This document shows positions 1-13,560 of a stretch of DNA of 64,000 bases, one piece after another; position 1 is the stretch's first letter, and the number at the start of each line of letters is the position of its first letter. The notes below the pieces were generated by a model, which did no database searches, had not been told where the DNA came from, and worked only from the letters and a program-made list of their open reading frames with translations. A program made the position numbers and the translations under genes. The stretch is from Schmidtea polychroa (lineage: Eukaryota), in contig CM097885.1 in the NCBI GenBank assembly GCA_044892525.1, positions 33,048,001-33,112,000 of the forward strand, given 5' to 3'.

Positions 1-611
1 CGATTTAATTTCTGTAAATCATGAAATGACAGCAGAGGAACTCCAAGAGATGTTTATGAAATTTCCCCAAAGCGATAAAAAGATAAACTTGCTAACTTAT
101 GGATATGATATTCTATTCAATCGAGCCCTTAAAAAGATCAACACAACTCCAATGTTTATTAGCCGAAGTGTTGAACAATTATCCAATGTTTCAAATTCAA
201 TCATGGCTCAATCTCAAGTTATTGGACACGATAAATGGTTTTGTACAAATAAAGCGTGTGATATTAATTACAATGAAATTCTTCTGATGTGTCTTAAATT
301 TAAACAAAGTGTTTATACAAATATAAAATTAAAATTAAAAAGCGTTTTTTTATATTTCTAATTTTTTCTCTAATTATGTTTTTCTTTTAAAATTACACTG
401 TGAATTCAATAAATAAAGTGAAATTAAAAGTAGTAGAACTTTCATGTTTTTAACACTTGAGAACCAACAGAGGTAGATATGTAATACCCTTATTGTTCCA
501 GACATTTCTGCCAATACTGTTGTAGATACAGTAATGTCTATTTGAAAGAATCGGGGTGCATTCCTCAAAGAAATTTATACTACATGCGCATGCGAATAGT
601 TTCCCGATAAA

Positions 612-1140
612 TATTGTTTTTTTAAATCTAGGAAGAGTTAGAAGGCGTTAGGAGCGAGTTTGGAACTAAACTGAAGGTGCTCGAGACCCATAAATAAGCC
701 TGCTTGATTATGATATGGAAATTACCTACTGTTAGAACAGGATTATTGCCACACAAAGACCAAATTGATGTTCTTGTCTGTCTTCTAGTTCTTTTGCTAT
801 AGTACTCGGCATTGAACATTACTGACTTGTCAACGAAGTTCAAGTGCACCACACGTTTTCTTTCTTAGAGTATTGAAAGCATGAGAATATGACAGTGGAA
901 AGTTTATGATGTTATCTTGACTAACGTCTTTTCATCAGGTAATTTCCACTTAGCAAATTCATTATCTGACTCAAATCTATATGTGCTATATATGGTGTCT
1001 TATCTTTTTGCGAGAATATTTCACAAGAACTTTTCTTCGTAGTACTTCCAGATGGTTATGCTGTTTTCACAGGTGATACAACGATTATCTATCATTTCAT
1101 CAGAAAGAAAACGGGTCATGAATATCAAACACAATTTTCA
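612..1140 (-). pseudogene. Decayed mariner-type transposase fragment
   Basis: Manual minus-strand translation across stops and frameshifts gives KLCLIFMTRFLSDE (cf. KVCARWVPRLL), FAKWKLPDEK, LMLSIL*ERKRVVHLNFVDKSVMFNAEYY (cf. VMLSVFWDxKGVIH..F...TINAEYY) and LEHLQFSSKLAPNAF*LF (cf. HPPYSPDLAPSDFxLF), in the expected order. Confidence 0.7.
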
Positions 1141-2461
1141 CACGCTGATGCTGATTTCTTAAATTCTGATTCTTCACTCTTCCTAAACAATTGTCAGAAG
1201 TTTCTTCATTGTTATCAAAATCTCATGTATGAGTTCCTCCAAATAGTTTTACATAGTTCTTCACAGTTAATAAAGATTTAGCAATTTTAATAGGTAGAGT
1301 GAATTTTACTCGTGAATTTTACTGTTGGTTTTCAATTTGCAAAACAAAGAATTTTATCTTTTTATTTTTATATGGATACTTCAAAATTAAAAATAATTTA
1401 GTTATTATTTTTAATTCCTTATTAAGCAAAGACTTGAACGTAAAAAAGTAACTTTAAATTTCTATAAGATGGATATTAACATTTGTCTAGTTAAACAAAA
1501 AAATTAAAACATACAATTGTAGATGAAACAATTTTTGTTATCGAATCAAATTTTAGTGCTCAATCAAGATAGCCCGTCTCCGAATAAGGATATTTCAATA
1601 TAGGGTATACCAACAATTATTTCCGCTTATAACAACGAACATGTATTTAGTAAAACAAGAAAAACAAAATAAATGTTTATATATATAGTTCTGGTTGACA
1701 TCTTAATTCCATCGTGCTTTAAAAATTCCCTAGTGACCATTGTTGCATGCAGAGGAACATTATTATGCATCAAAAAATAAATAAAATAAGTACCAAAATT
1801 AAAACAAATAAACTGAAAGTAAATTCTCATTTAATTTAAAATTTTTCTTACTGTCTAACGGTTAAGTTTTACAAAATCAAAAACATTCACAGTCTGAAAA
1901 TTTAAAAGAAATTACATTTTTTTTAATAATACTAAAAATGTTTTTGAAATTTCTAAAATATTTCAAAAATTATATTTCATTTTTCTAAAAAAAAACTGAA
2001 TCGAATTCTGCATGTAAATCTGTGATTATGTGAAATTTGTATGTTAAAAGTTGGTTTTATAATATTTAAATAATTTTAAATAATTTTCACTTGTTGAGTA
2101 AAAAATAATTTTCTTTTTCGGGTGCCAACCTTTATGTGACCAGTGCTGACATCATGACTGATCTTAACGATAATAGTAAATTAATTTTAATAATTTTTCA
2201 ATTCTATTCTTTTTCCATTTTAGAAACATTTATGGGAATCTTGTTTTGTATAAACGAAGGAGTTTCACGCGTAAATGATTGAAAATATGATTTGTTGCCC
2301 GCCTGAGATAATTCCATTTTGAATATTCCTTGCAACTGGAATAGATTTGAAGAAAGTGAAAATTTCACTAAAGTAGTATTAAAACCATATTTTGTCGTTG
2401 ATTTTAATACAAATGTTTGATTAACAAATACAATGCAATAGAAATGCATGATTCTTAATCG

Positions 2462-2565
2462 ATATATCGATGTTTTTTTTATATTCACGAATTTTTGGCA
2501 CTGCCTTTTTCAACTTGAAAAAGGCAATGCCGAAAATTCGTGAGTATTAACAAACATCGATATAT
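2462..2565. repeat. Foldback (hairpin) repeat, member of a dispersed MITE-like family
   Basis: atatatcgatgttt..cacgaatttt.ggca.tgcctttttcaa-c-ttgaaaaaggca.tgcc.aaaattcgtg..aaacatcgatatat forms a ~100-bp imperfect palindrome; related pieces near 26272-26450, 35566-35695 and 46402-46508. Confidence 0.7.
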
Positions 2566-2869
2566 TATTGATTTATAGTCTTCAAGCTCTCTCTTTAATA
2601 AATTCGATGGAAATAATAATCAGTGGTGAAATTGCAAAAAATGTTCTTATAATACTTTAGAAAGTATTTTCTTTGTAAACTGTGTTATTTACACATTATT
2701 TTACTAGTGTTAGGTTTTTTTTTAAATTATAATTGTGTTTATAATTGTTATAATTGTTAATTTCATCGAAAAAACAATTATCAATTAAAACGAATGATTT
2801 TTGAGTTTAAAATATTTAGTATAGAAATAGTATAAAATAGTATAAAAATTTAAAACAATTTAAAAACAA

Positions 2870-3811
2870 TCAAACATTCTTTTCACTATTAATTTAAACA
2901 GTTTTCCTGTCATCGTCAGGTGGAATATAATAACTCATTAAATTAAGGATTTTAAACAAATTTAATTATATATAAAAAAATATTTTTTCATTTTATAACA
3001 AAATATATTATTTTTTTAAAATTTTAACATTTAAAATTTAATTTAATAATTTAAAAAATTTTTATTAATTATTTAATTTAACACAACAATCAATACATAC
3101 AATACACAAAAGCTTATTTAAAAACACTCAACATACAAGTATTTACTGCATTCTGCACATTAATTTTCGGATTTAATGATTTTATCAACAACGCATCACA
3201 AATCACACGTTCCCAATAATTATCGAAATTTTTTAATAAAATTTTAAAATCAGACATACCTATTTTAATCTTACAGCCCTTATTGTGCTCACCAATATGG
3301 GTCAAAGCCTTCGGTCTACAATGTTCTCGAGCTCGAATACAGAGATGACGGGAAATCTCTCCAATGTATGTGGCATTACACCCATTACATGTAAACTGAT
3401 AAACGAGATCGGAACACAATTCAACCGGAGTTTTTGACTTATTAATAAACATATTGCGTACTTTCCATGAAGTTGACACTATCCTATAGTTTAAATTCCC
3501 TAACTGCTTTCTTATCTTCACTTTATAATCCTTAAAACCTTCTGAGTACGGCAATACTAACACAAATTTAGGCTCATCATCCTTGCTCATACTATTTAAT
3601 TTATTTAACTCATCAGACTCACACATCTCAACAAGATCAGACCCAGATTTTCTCAAACATGGATCCTTAGGATTTTTAATAAATTTGTCAACAGTCTCTT
3701 TCACCATAATTACTAAAAAGGCCACATACATTGGAGAGACTTCCCGTCATCTCTGTATTCGAGCTCGAGAACATTGTAGACCGAAGGCTTTGACCCATAT
3801 TGGTGAGCATA
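2870..3811 (-). mobile_element. 5'-truncated Penelope-like retroelement (GIY-YIG endonuclease end) with short inverted 5' duplication
   Basis: ORF 3114-3731 has LPY..G linker and VYQFTCNGCNATYIGEISRHLCIRAREH GIY-YIG motif; 3721-3810 is an inverted copy of about 3283-3374; hammerhead-like motif in the 3' region. Confidence 0.88.
2882..2924 (-). ncRNA. Minimal hammerhead ribozyme (degenerate core)
   Basis: tccac CTGACGA t gacag-gaaaa-ctgtt TAAA ttaa TA gtgaa; the GAAA box reads TAAA; homologous to copies at 42022 and 43283. Confidence 0.6.
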
Positions 3812-4794
3812 ATTCGCTTTTGAGAAGTTTCTTGGATAATTCCCATTCTTCGCGCAGCTTATATTTTGTTTTAACAATTGCGCAATTGTTGCTTTCGGAA
3901 CTTTCATTATATTTGCCATTTCACGCAAGTCATGTGAAACAAATTCAATTTAATTGTATCAAAAGTCCTAATGTTAAATCTCTTCGTCACATTTGTATAG
4001 GGCTTTCGAATTTTAAATAAAAACTAATCAAATTAAAAATTAATACCATCAATAGATAGATGTGAAAATTTAATACAAATAATGAAAAAATGTAATATAA
4101 ACTATGATTTAAAAATCTGAGCCGTTTATTTGTTTGATTTTATTTTAATGTTTCTACTATATTAATGTTTAAATTTGTTTTAAATTTTTTGCAAAATTAT
4201 TATTATTTAAAACTATCATAAATAAATTATTTAATGTTTATTTGAAATTCATAGTAAAATTATAAAATTAATTTTTTTAGATTTTTTTTGAATTTGCAAA
4301 CAATCATTTTATTTAAAAATTAGAGAAAAAACGATTTCTGAGATATTCAAAAAATTTACCAAATAAATATTATTGTTTTTTTATTATTTCATAATCACAA
4401 TTATTTTTTAAATGATTAAATAATTTATTTACTTGTTTTTATTTATTTATTTATTTTGATTTAAAATATTTATTTAAAATTTATCAAAATTATTTGACAT
4501 TCATTAATTTTGAGGCTAATTGCTATTATATAATGTTAAAATTACTTCGGCTGGGATATTTCTGTGAATTCCATTCGAAACAAGGAAGTAAAAGTAAAAA
4601 AGCAAATTTTGTTTTAAAATTGTAAAATAAAAGAGTAAAAAAAATGACAAAAAAAGAAGAAATTCTGTGTATTATTTCAAATGTAAAATGTATTCATAAA
4701 AATATTTGGGTTCAACAAGAGAGGTACAAAAACCAGGTGAAAATAAATTAAAACATCAAATTCACAAAAATAATTAAAATCAATAAAAATTAAA

Positions 4795-5375
4795 AATGAA
4801 TATTTTCCGGAGGAAACTGGTATGGGCGGGTGCCGAACAATGAGATGAGTTCAAATATAAAAAATGAAGTCAATGAGGGGGGGGGGGTCCTTAGAAGGAA
4901 TTAATTAAAAATTAATTAGTTAATAGAAAATCCGAGCTAATGGAGAACTCGAGCTAATGGGAAACTTGAACTAATGGAAAACCCGAGTAGTGTGAGATGA
5001 CTCAAATGGTCAATCAAATTAGCTAGAAGAAATTAAGTCAGCTGACGAATAATTAAATTGGGGCAAGCCATCAAAAAAGACGAGCAAATTCCTCAAACTA
5101 CTCAGATCGATAAGAGAAAGCCCGTAAAAAAGGATTCAAAACAATTTGATTAGGGAATAATAAAATTACGAGATCGGTATAAAAGCAACCGGCAAGTAAA
5201 CAGAATTGCCAGTAAGTCGAAAAAAGAAAATTTGTAGAATAACGAAAGAAAGCAAAGGCGAATTTAACTTAGTGGTAATTAAATATTTTCGAATCTTGAA
5301 TAAATATTATTGTATTGGGTTGTTCAATTTTATCAACAAAAGGACAGTGACACCGACTTGTACAAAATGCCCAAC
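4795..5375. repeat. Dispersed repeat, copy 1 (possible LTR-derived fragment)
   Basis: Shares aatgaatattt.cc.g.ggaaactggtatggg, ctaatgga(g/a)aac subrepeats and the terminal ccgactt...cccaaca with 29570-30287. Confidence 0.6.
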
Positions 5376-7407
5376 AAAAATAAATCGTTTAATTTTTTAT
5401 AAGAGCTACCAACAAAAGGCAAAATTCCCCATGAATATTTAAATGGAGAAATTTTACCATAACAAATTTAGCATAAGATTTTGCGGTATTAAATTGTTTT
5501 ACAAGATTTTAGAGAAAATATGTAATGTTTTACAAACAATGACCAAAAATATCATGTAATTTTTGACTGTCTGACTGAAAGCATAAAATAATGAATTTGT
5601 TGGGTTGTGTTTTAATAAAAAAAGATAACTATGAAGAAAATGTGCCAAATAATGAAACACTGACTATCGAAACATTGTAAAAATCTTGAAATAATGTCAA
5701 AAATATTAATATAAACTCATGTTGATAATTATACTTCTAAATTTCTGATTGACAATGCTTACGAACAAATATTTAATACGAATATTTAATAAAAAAAGAT
5801 CAAACCACTTTTGTTTCATCGAAAATAATCAAAAAATGATGGAAATACCTTTCAATAAAAATTACTACTAATCATCAACATTTCTCCGAATAATACATCA
5901 AAATTGGCATAATTATGCGGGACTGACTGTAGTAAAAGTATTTATTTATATAAAAACCAAAATCAAATAAGGATTAAAAAACACAAAACCATACAAAAGC
6001 AAATTTCAAAATAATTAAAGTAGAGTGAAGCGATTAAAAATTCATAAATATACAAATTTAAATATTAATATAAGACACTTCAATGTTCACGGGTAATTTT
6101 TTCCGAGCCGTAAGAAATTTATATATTTATACATTCCGGCTGTGATATATCGGTTAAATATATAAGCTCATCAGAATAGATCAAATTTGCTGAAAAAAAC
6201 TTGATTTCAGCAATTTTTCTTCCACTTTTCCTATAATTAAATCAAACAAATGTGTCATTAATTTATCGGAATATAAATTGCTTTGAAATTTATCATATTT
6301 AATTTTGAATTTCATTGTTAAATTATTATTAATTGGCTTTTTATGATTTATATTCATTTATGTTTATATATATTCTAACAATAAATATATATCAATTAAA
6401 TAATTACCGAGCCAATAAAAAATCTGAAAAAATATTTCTGTAACAGGTGTTTTTGAGTTTATTCCAAGAGCCGAAAAAACCGGGTTGAGTAACTAAAAAA
6501 TTGTACTGAATTAACGATTAATAATAAATTAATAATAAAAAAATAGAAAAACATAAAATTAAAATCTTATAATAGTTATCTTAGTGTTTTAATATGCGTT
6601 TTATAAGTAAAATTCTAAGTTGTAAAATGTCATAATTATGATGTTAATGAAACTTGCATTTTGGATTTTTTGAATATTAAATTAAAATAAAATAAATTGA
6701 ATTAAAACTAGTAAATAATTAAAATAAATTATCAATTGTCATCGGAATAAAGTCGTATTACAATAAACTGTAGGATCATTAAGAACATTGAATAAGAAAT
6801 TATTTGTTTTATTAATACTTATTTTTGAAAAATAATGTAACATATTTTAAATGATTTTACTGTCTATTAAGTTTTATTGTTTTTCAAAATTTATTTTATT
6901 ATTATTATTATAAAATATAATAAATATAATAACATTTCTTAAAAAATAATATTTATTTTTACTATATAACTGTGGTTCTATGATATATTTAAATATTTTT
7001 TCTCCTTTAATTAATATTTTAGTTCTGAGTAACAATGCCACAATATTTACACCAACTATTATAGCAATCTTCCTAATCATCAATTTTTTTTATCTCTAAT
7101 ATTACCATATTAAATCTTATGTTTTCTTCTACTTATGATTGACCAAAACCTGAAAATTACAAGTGTCAAATCTACATTGGATTTATTAATACCGTAGTAT
7201 AAGTGTAAATAATATTTGCTTGTATTATTACCTATGGAATTGATATGTTTGATTATTATATAATGTATATCTGAATATCAAAGGTGTAATATTGAATTAT
7301 TGATGCATGTGTGTATCTTGATCAAGATACTTACAATATAATTACTTTCTTCGGAGATAATCAGTTTTTGATATTAATAAATTATATGTCTATAAAACCT
7401 TCTGATA

Positions 7408-7602
7408 CAGTCATACTCCGGTTAACGTTGTTAAATGGTTCCAGAAAAACGCGATGTTAACCGAAACAACGTTATACGAAGCAATTATAATTAAGAAAAA
7501 AATTCGCAATTAAATAGATTTAAAAGATCCTTTTTCACCATGGTGGACCGACGTTACAGCGAAACAACTTTATTCGGGGCAACGTTATCCGGGGTATGAC
7601 TG
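7408..7602. mobile_element. Tc1/pogo(Tigger)-type MITE
   Basis: TIRs cagtcatactccggttaacgttg / caacgttatccggggtatgactg (21/23 match), flanked by TA on both sides. Confidence 0.85.
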
Positions 7603-9676
7603 TATAGCGAGCACGCCAGGACTCACAACAAATGCAAAATGCAATAGAAGATAAAGATATAAAAAGAGAAATTAATATGACAAATATTTCCAATGTAAAG
7701 GAGATTAAGGAGATCATTATGCTGCTATAAAAGATTAATAAAGAAATGAAAAATGAATAGATTGAGACTGAAACCCTTCAAAAAAAAGTTCAAAAGTGGT
7801 CCAAAATCGGAGCCAATATCTATCTTAACAAGCACGACAACAACAACTACGAATATTTCGAGAAAACAGCCTACCACACAGAGAACTATTTTGAAGCAAT
7901 AATAGAATTGAAAATCAAAGGACTTTAACTCGTCGTCCATCAATGCAGACATCACATAACAGATCCGATTTTCCAAATTCATTTGATCAAATTTATTGAT
8001 GATAATTATTTGTGTTAACTAATTAATTTTACTTAATTTATGTAATCCTTACAAATTAAATGATCCAAAATTATGTTAAAACCTTTTATGTGCAATTTTT
8101 ATTATTTATAAATATGTATTGATATGTTCTTTATTTATTTCTCTGTTATGTATATTTCATATATTTAATTTTTTTATAATAAATTTATTTTGTTAGTTAT
8201 ATTAATATATTGTATTAATATATTGTATTCTATGAAAGAATTATATCAAATTCTGTTCTTTGTAAATTTTTATATATATTTAATTTTTATTATTACTATT
8301 TTTTAGCACATATATTTTTCAAGAAAAACAAGTTTGATTTATATTTTTGCATAAATTCCAATTATATTATATTATTTATATTAATTTATAAAAAAATATA
8401 ACTGATCAATTCAATTCAAGTTCAGTAAGTCTTATATTAAAATTCCATTTACAAATAAAATAATGATCTTTGTCTTCTTTTTCAATGAGATAACAAAATC
8501 CGGAATTTACCCTTTTAGAAAATAAAAATCGGTCTTAAATATGTGAGGAATTTAAAATTAGAATTGACTGAAAGTTTTCAATGAATTTAGCGAACAATTT
8601 CCCTTTCTTAGATCGGTGAAAATAACTTCAGAGAAATATCCGGAATATTATTGCAAATGTGTCACTTTACAACAGATGAAAACTTATTCGTTTTTTATTT
8701 GTTCCTTAATTTATAAAATTTATATTAGAATATTCATTAATTTAAGAAAATGAAATATGTAAGTCTTCGGTATAAAATATTAATTAAAAATTAAATATAA
8801 AAATTAAAAATAAAATAATATAAAATATAAAATATAAAAATTAAATCTATCCGTGAAGAGTCATTATTATCAGAAACAATAGAATATTTTATTTAACCAT
8901 CACAGACATTTCAATATTAAATAAACCAATGATATTCTTTTTCGTAATCACTATTTCCGCTGTCCTGTCGACAACAAAATATATCTTGAAATATGAAAAA
9001 GAAATAAAACAGACAAATAGCTCTTAATCAAAGGGATGCATACATGTATATTTTTAGGGCTTTTTAAATATGAGAGTCAACTTTAAACTTACAAAAATTA
9101 TACTTGTTTCCCATTAGTTTCCAGCTGTAATTGCAGACACGATTGACCTTTCAAGTATAATATAGGTTAGGGTGTTGTAAGGTGTTGTTATACAATTACA
9201 ATGCAGCAAACAAGAAATAACAAGCAACAAACAAAGGATAAAAATTGCCAAAATCAGCATACGTATTTTGTAATCATAATAACACTCAATAGTTCTTCGG
9301 GTACTCTTTTTTCAATGGAGTTATGTTTCGATGTAGTATGGACCCAACAAGTTGGTTGCGCTGCTTTGTTGTTACTTCGGCGCACTATGGTTCCTTTATT
9401 CGTTGAAGTAACTGATTCAAGTTATGTATATCACATGTGTTTACCTCCACTTCATATTTACCCACAGAGTTTCAATGGATTCAAGTCGAGATTGTTATCT
9501 GGTTTTTGAAACACATGAAACTATTGCATTGAACGTTTAGCAGTGTGGCAAGATGCAGAATTTACCTGAAAAGTTGTTGTACCACGACTTAATTGATGCT
9601 TTGTCTAGATCAGTGTTTCCAACGGTGGGGCATCACGCTTCAGAGGTGGGACACGTCAGCAATTATCAACTAATCT

Positions 9677-9680
<4 letters not shown>

Positions 9681-9746
<66 letters not shown>
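9681..9746. repeat. (TA)n microsatellite
   Basis: Perfect dinucleotide run. Confidence 0.95.
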
Positions 9747-9749
<3 letters not shown>

Positions 9750-11428
9750 ATAAAACATGCTCATTCACGACTAAATATAACAACGTGCAAATATCAATTT
9801 TATCGACTGATATTTTTATATACTTTACACGCTTATCGTCCAATTCTTGTACTTTTTACACCATGCTAACCGATTTCTTGACTATTTTAATGGCGTGCAT
9901 ATTGAATTTATTCACTAATCTGGTCTTGATTGTTGATAAGTTTATAGAAATACATAAAGAACCCACATTCGATTTGATCTGTTGCAGTTCGGGCCGTGAC
10001 TTAGGAGCTGTTGATCCTGTTACCCGGTGAATGTACGGGTCGGAGTGGATTATGAATGTTGACTAAAATTAGTTATCTTTTTGCGCACCTTTAGAGAAAT
10101 CTGCTTCATTTTGCCAACTTTACAAAATTATGATGTGCTTACTATTTCTGCGCTTTTCGACCTTTTAAAGCACTTTGGTTTTTCGAAAAGTTTAATTTCA
10201 TCAATTTAGTGCCAATTGTTCTTACATTTTTCAAATTTTTAATATGGCCTTAATATTTTGTTTCTATAACGAAAATGATGTTTTACTGAAATTAATTTCT
10301 GAATGTTTGATTCTTTCCAATTCACTCTTTCCATATGTTCTTATTTAATATTTGAAAATATTATAATGTCATTGAGATAAACCACATTTTCTTTACAATT
10401 GAGATATTTTAGTACAATATTCAAAAAGTAGAGGGAGCTGCATCAATTCCAAATGGCTTCGGTATGAATTAATATTTTTCTCTTTATGTTGAAAATGAAG
10501 TTTTCGTTTTTTGATTCGTCAGTAAACTCAATATTTCCCAGTATTGTAAAAATATTGGATCCATTAAGAACGTCCATCATTTCTTCCCTATTAGATATTG
10601 GGAAAATTAGTCTCTATTTTATTAAATTTAATTCCTTAAAATCTACATAATTTTTTATATCATCTTTTCCTTTCTTCTTACTATTAACCAATTGTGGTCA
10701 CAAGGAGATTCACATTTTTCTATTATTCCGTTTTTTCCGTCTCTTTTGTATTTTTTCTATCTTCGCTAATAGATTATAGTTCAGGATAAATGACAATTTG
10801 AGATCAACTTGTAATTATTTTGTGTTTTACTAATTCTATTTTTCCAATATCTCATTTATGTTTCATACATTTTTTCACTTTTCTGCAATTTTTCAATTTA
10901 TTTGTCTTCTATTTTTATATTTTTATAATCATTTTTCGCATAATTCCCCATATATTTTGTCAAAATTTCAAATTGCTTCCATGTACCGGTTATTTTATTA
11001 TTTCAGTTATTTCACGCTATCTTTTTTAATTTTAATGATTTAAATAGACATTATCAGTATTTTAATAAAAACATGCTCTAAAAATTTACTAATTAAACTA
11101 ATTTCATTCGTTATTACGAAATTCTTGCTCAACAAATCCTCGTTTGAAGCCTTAATTCCCAAAAATTCTATTTCCATTTGTATCTTGTACAATCACTTAA
11201 TTTAATTTAATATTTTTTAGTTATTTTCGCTCTTCAATTACTCTTAGATTAAAATATTAGAGTTGAACACTTGGAACAGTGTTCCCAGTCATTTATTGCA
11301 TCCATGTAACTTATACATATTTTTTAATATTTCAAAATTAAATTATTCGTTGTAAGAAGACTATTATAATATTGTTAGAAATAAGATAACAAGTAAAAAA
11401 TGCCAAAAAACATAACAAAGGTTTATAA

Positions 11429-11641
11429 CAGAGCTTCTCAAACTTTTTTTAGTATTATTCTGCCGACCCTAAGTATAGATATAAAAAAGATGAAAATAGT
11501 AATATAAAATAAAATATTTATTATATTCAAAAAATATTTTATTTTGAAGTCAACCTAATGTTTTTTTAGTTACAATCTTCCGTTTTCTTGGAATTTCTAC
11601 GACCCCATCTTGGGTCGCGACCCACACTTTGAGAACCACTG
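11429..11641. mobile_element. hAT (Charlie-like) MITE
   Basis: TIRs cagagcttctcaaa / tttgagaaccactg; 8-bp TSD gtttataa at 11421-11428 and 11642-11649. Confidence 0.88.
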
Positions 11642-12729
11642 GTTTATAATATAAGATTATTTGTTTTGGTTTTTGATTTTAAAAATATCATAAATAAACT
11701 ACTGATAAATTGTCAATAGACTTTTTAACTGAAATATATATATATATATATATATATGGTAGAAAACAAACATATATAATGTTTTTTGTGCATATTTCGA
11801 CTTTTTAAAAATTTATATATTTTTATGCAATACGAATATTTATCAAATTGTTAATAATATTATTTTGTGAATTAAATTTAAACAATGTAAATAAATTTCT
11901 TATTGAATGTCTAATACTTTCCGCACCTCGTTTGGAGTATGTAGAATAATTTCATTTAGTTTATCAATTTTAAAATATGAAATACTTTATAAGAATTCAT
12001 TAAGATTTTCTTCATAAATATGCAAATTGAAATAAATTTAATTACCGCTTCACAGAACTAAGTTAGATGGACATAGTTGAAATTAAAGTTACAAAAATTA
12101 CAACAATCAAAACATAAAAATGTAATTATTAGGAATGCTGTTTGTATTTCAAAGAGTAAAAATAGATATTTGGTAATTTTGATAAATGTTTTATATAAAA
12201 TGGTTTTACTGCAAGATAAAAAATTATAATTTTTCTATTTTGTGCCCAAGAGTACCTTAGAAAGAGTGCGCATACCATTCAATACTTTATCATAAAATTG
12301 ACAATGGTGCTAGAAAACCTTTTATCATACAAATATATTCTTGCAAAACATATCAATTATTTGTATTAAAGTACACCAAATAATTTTAATTTAAAAAAAC
12401 AAAAACAGATGTAGTATTACGAGATATTTACAGTTTATATAAAAGTTCTTTAAATATTTTCTACTCACTGATCTTGATAAGAGTTTGATATACATTGAAT
12501 ATTTTTCTCACTAAAAATCCTTCTAATTGTTTTTATACCATGTTTAAAATGTGACACTTCACTTATGGAAATTTATTCGTTTCTTTGCAATTTTCATTGG
12601 AAATTGTTAGATCTCCTATTATATAATAATCAAAAAATAAAACATACATTTATAATGTTTCTAAATATGTAAATTCTTAACAAGCAAGCAAAAGAACTGC
12701 CGTCTTGGAATTCGAATAAAAGTTTGAGA

Positions 12730-13023
12730 AGATACTGAATCCAAATTTAATCTCGTCTCATCGGATCGATCAGAAAAGCATGGAGTAAGGAAGTCAAAGT
12801 CTATAAAATAAGCTGCTTACAAAAAACTGTAAAACATGTTAAAAGAAATATTATGGTTTTGTGTTCAATAACCTGAAAAGGAGTGTGGAAATTAACATTT
12901 ATTGAAGACGAAATAACGCCACAATGTACTACTACATCCTTAACACAAATTTTCAGTCTTCCACTAGGAAATTAAAATAAGGAAACAACGTTATTTTCCC
13001 CTAGACAACAACCCAAAACATAC
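12730..13023 (+). pseudogene. Tc1 transposase remnant, 5' part (interrupted by a Gypsy insertion)
   Basis: Fragments ESKFNLVSSD, KTVKHVKRNIMV, GVWKLTFIED and DNNPKHT match Tc1 motifs DESKF, TVKHGGG.VMVWG, GVG.L.FI.G and QDNDPKH. Confidence 0.75.
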
Positions 13024-13560
13024 AGTAGCCAAATCAATTAAAAAATAACCGGTAAACAACAAAAAATATATTCTTACTATTATTGACAGATATACTTCTT
13101 GCCCATCCCGATCTCTGAAATAACAAGCAACATAATAACGAGAACCCTGGAGACCGAGTGGATATGTCGCTATGGAATTCATCATCTCAGACAACGGCAA
13201 GCAATTTATCTCGGCTACATTCAGAGAGATGTGTCAAAAATTCAATGCTGATCACAGACACACCACACCATATCATCCACAATGTAATGGCAAAGTTGAA
13301 AGGTTTCATAGAACTCTTAAAGCAGCAATAAGGGTACACTCAGATGATGCCTCCAGAAGTTGGGCAAATGACCATATGGGGTAATTAGCCGAAGTTCAGA
13401 TTTTAAAACATTTGAAATTCAATTACAAACGAGGACTTTACGAGTATCGGCAGACAAACTCAAAGCAGCCCATCTCCGAGAATCAAATAGATCACTCCAT
13501 GACCTCGGTGGGTGGCTATGTAGCCAAATCAATTAATTAATTATTATAAATACTATAGGT

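Noticed and set aside
26..361. 111-aa ORF at the window start
   Set aside because: No recognisable motif; cannot tell an exon fragment from a chance ORF
9170..10060. Possible decayed Gypsy pol remnant (APKSRPELQ, GTIVRR)
   Set aside because: Similarity too weak to support without a search
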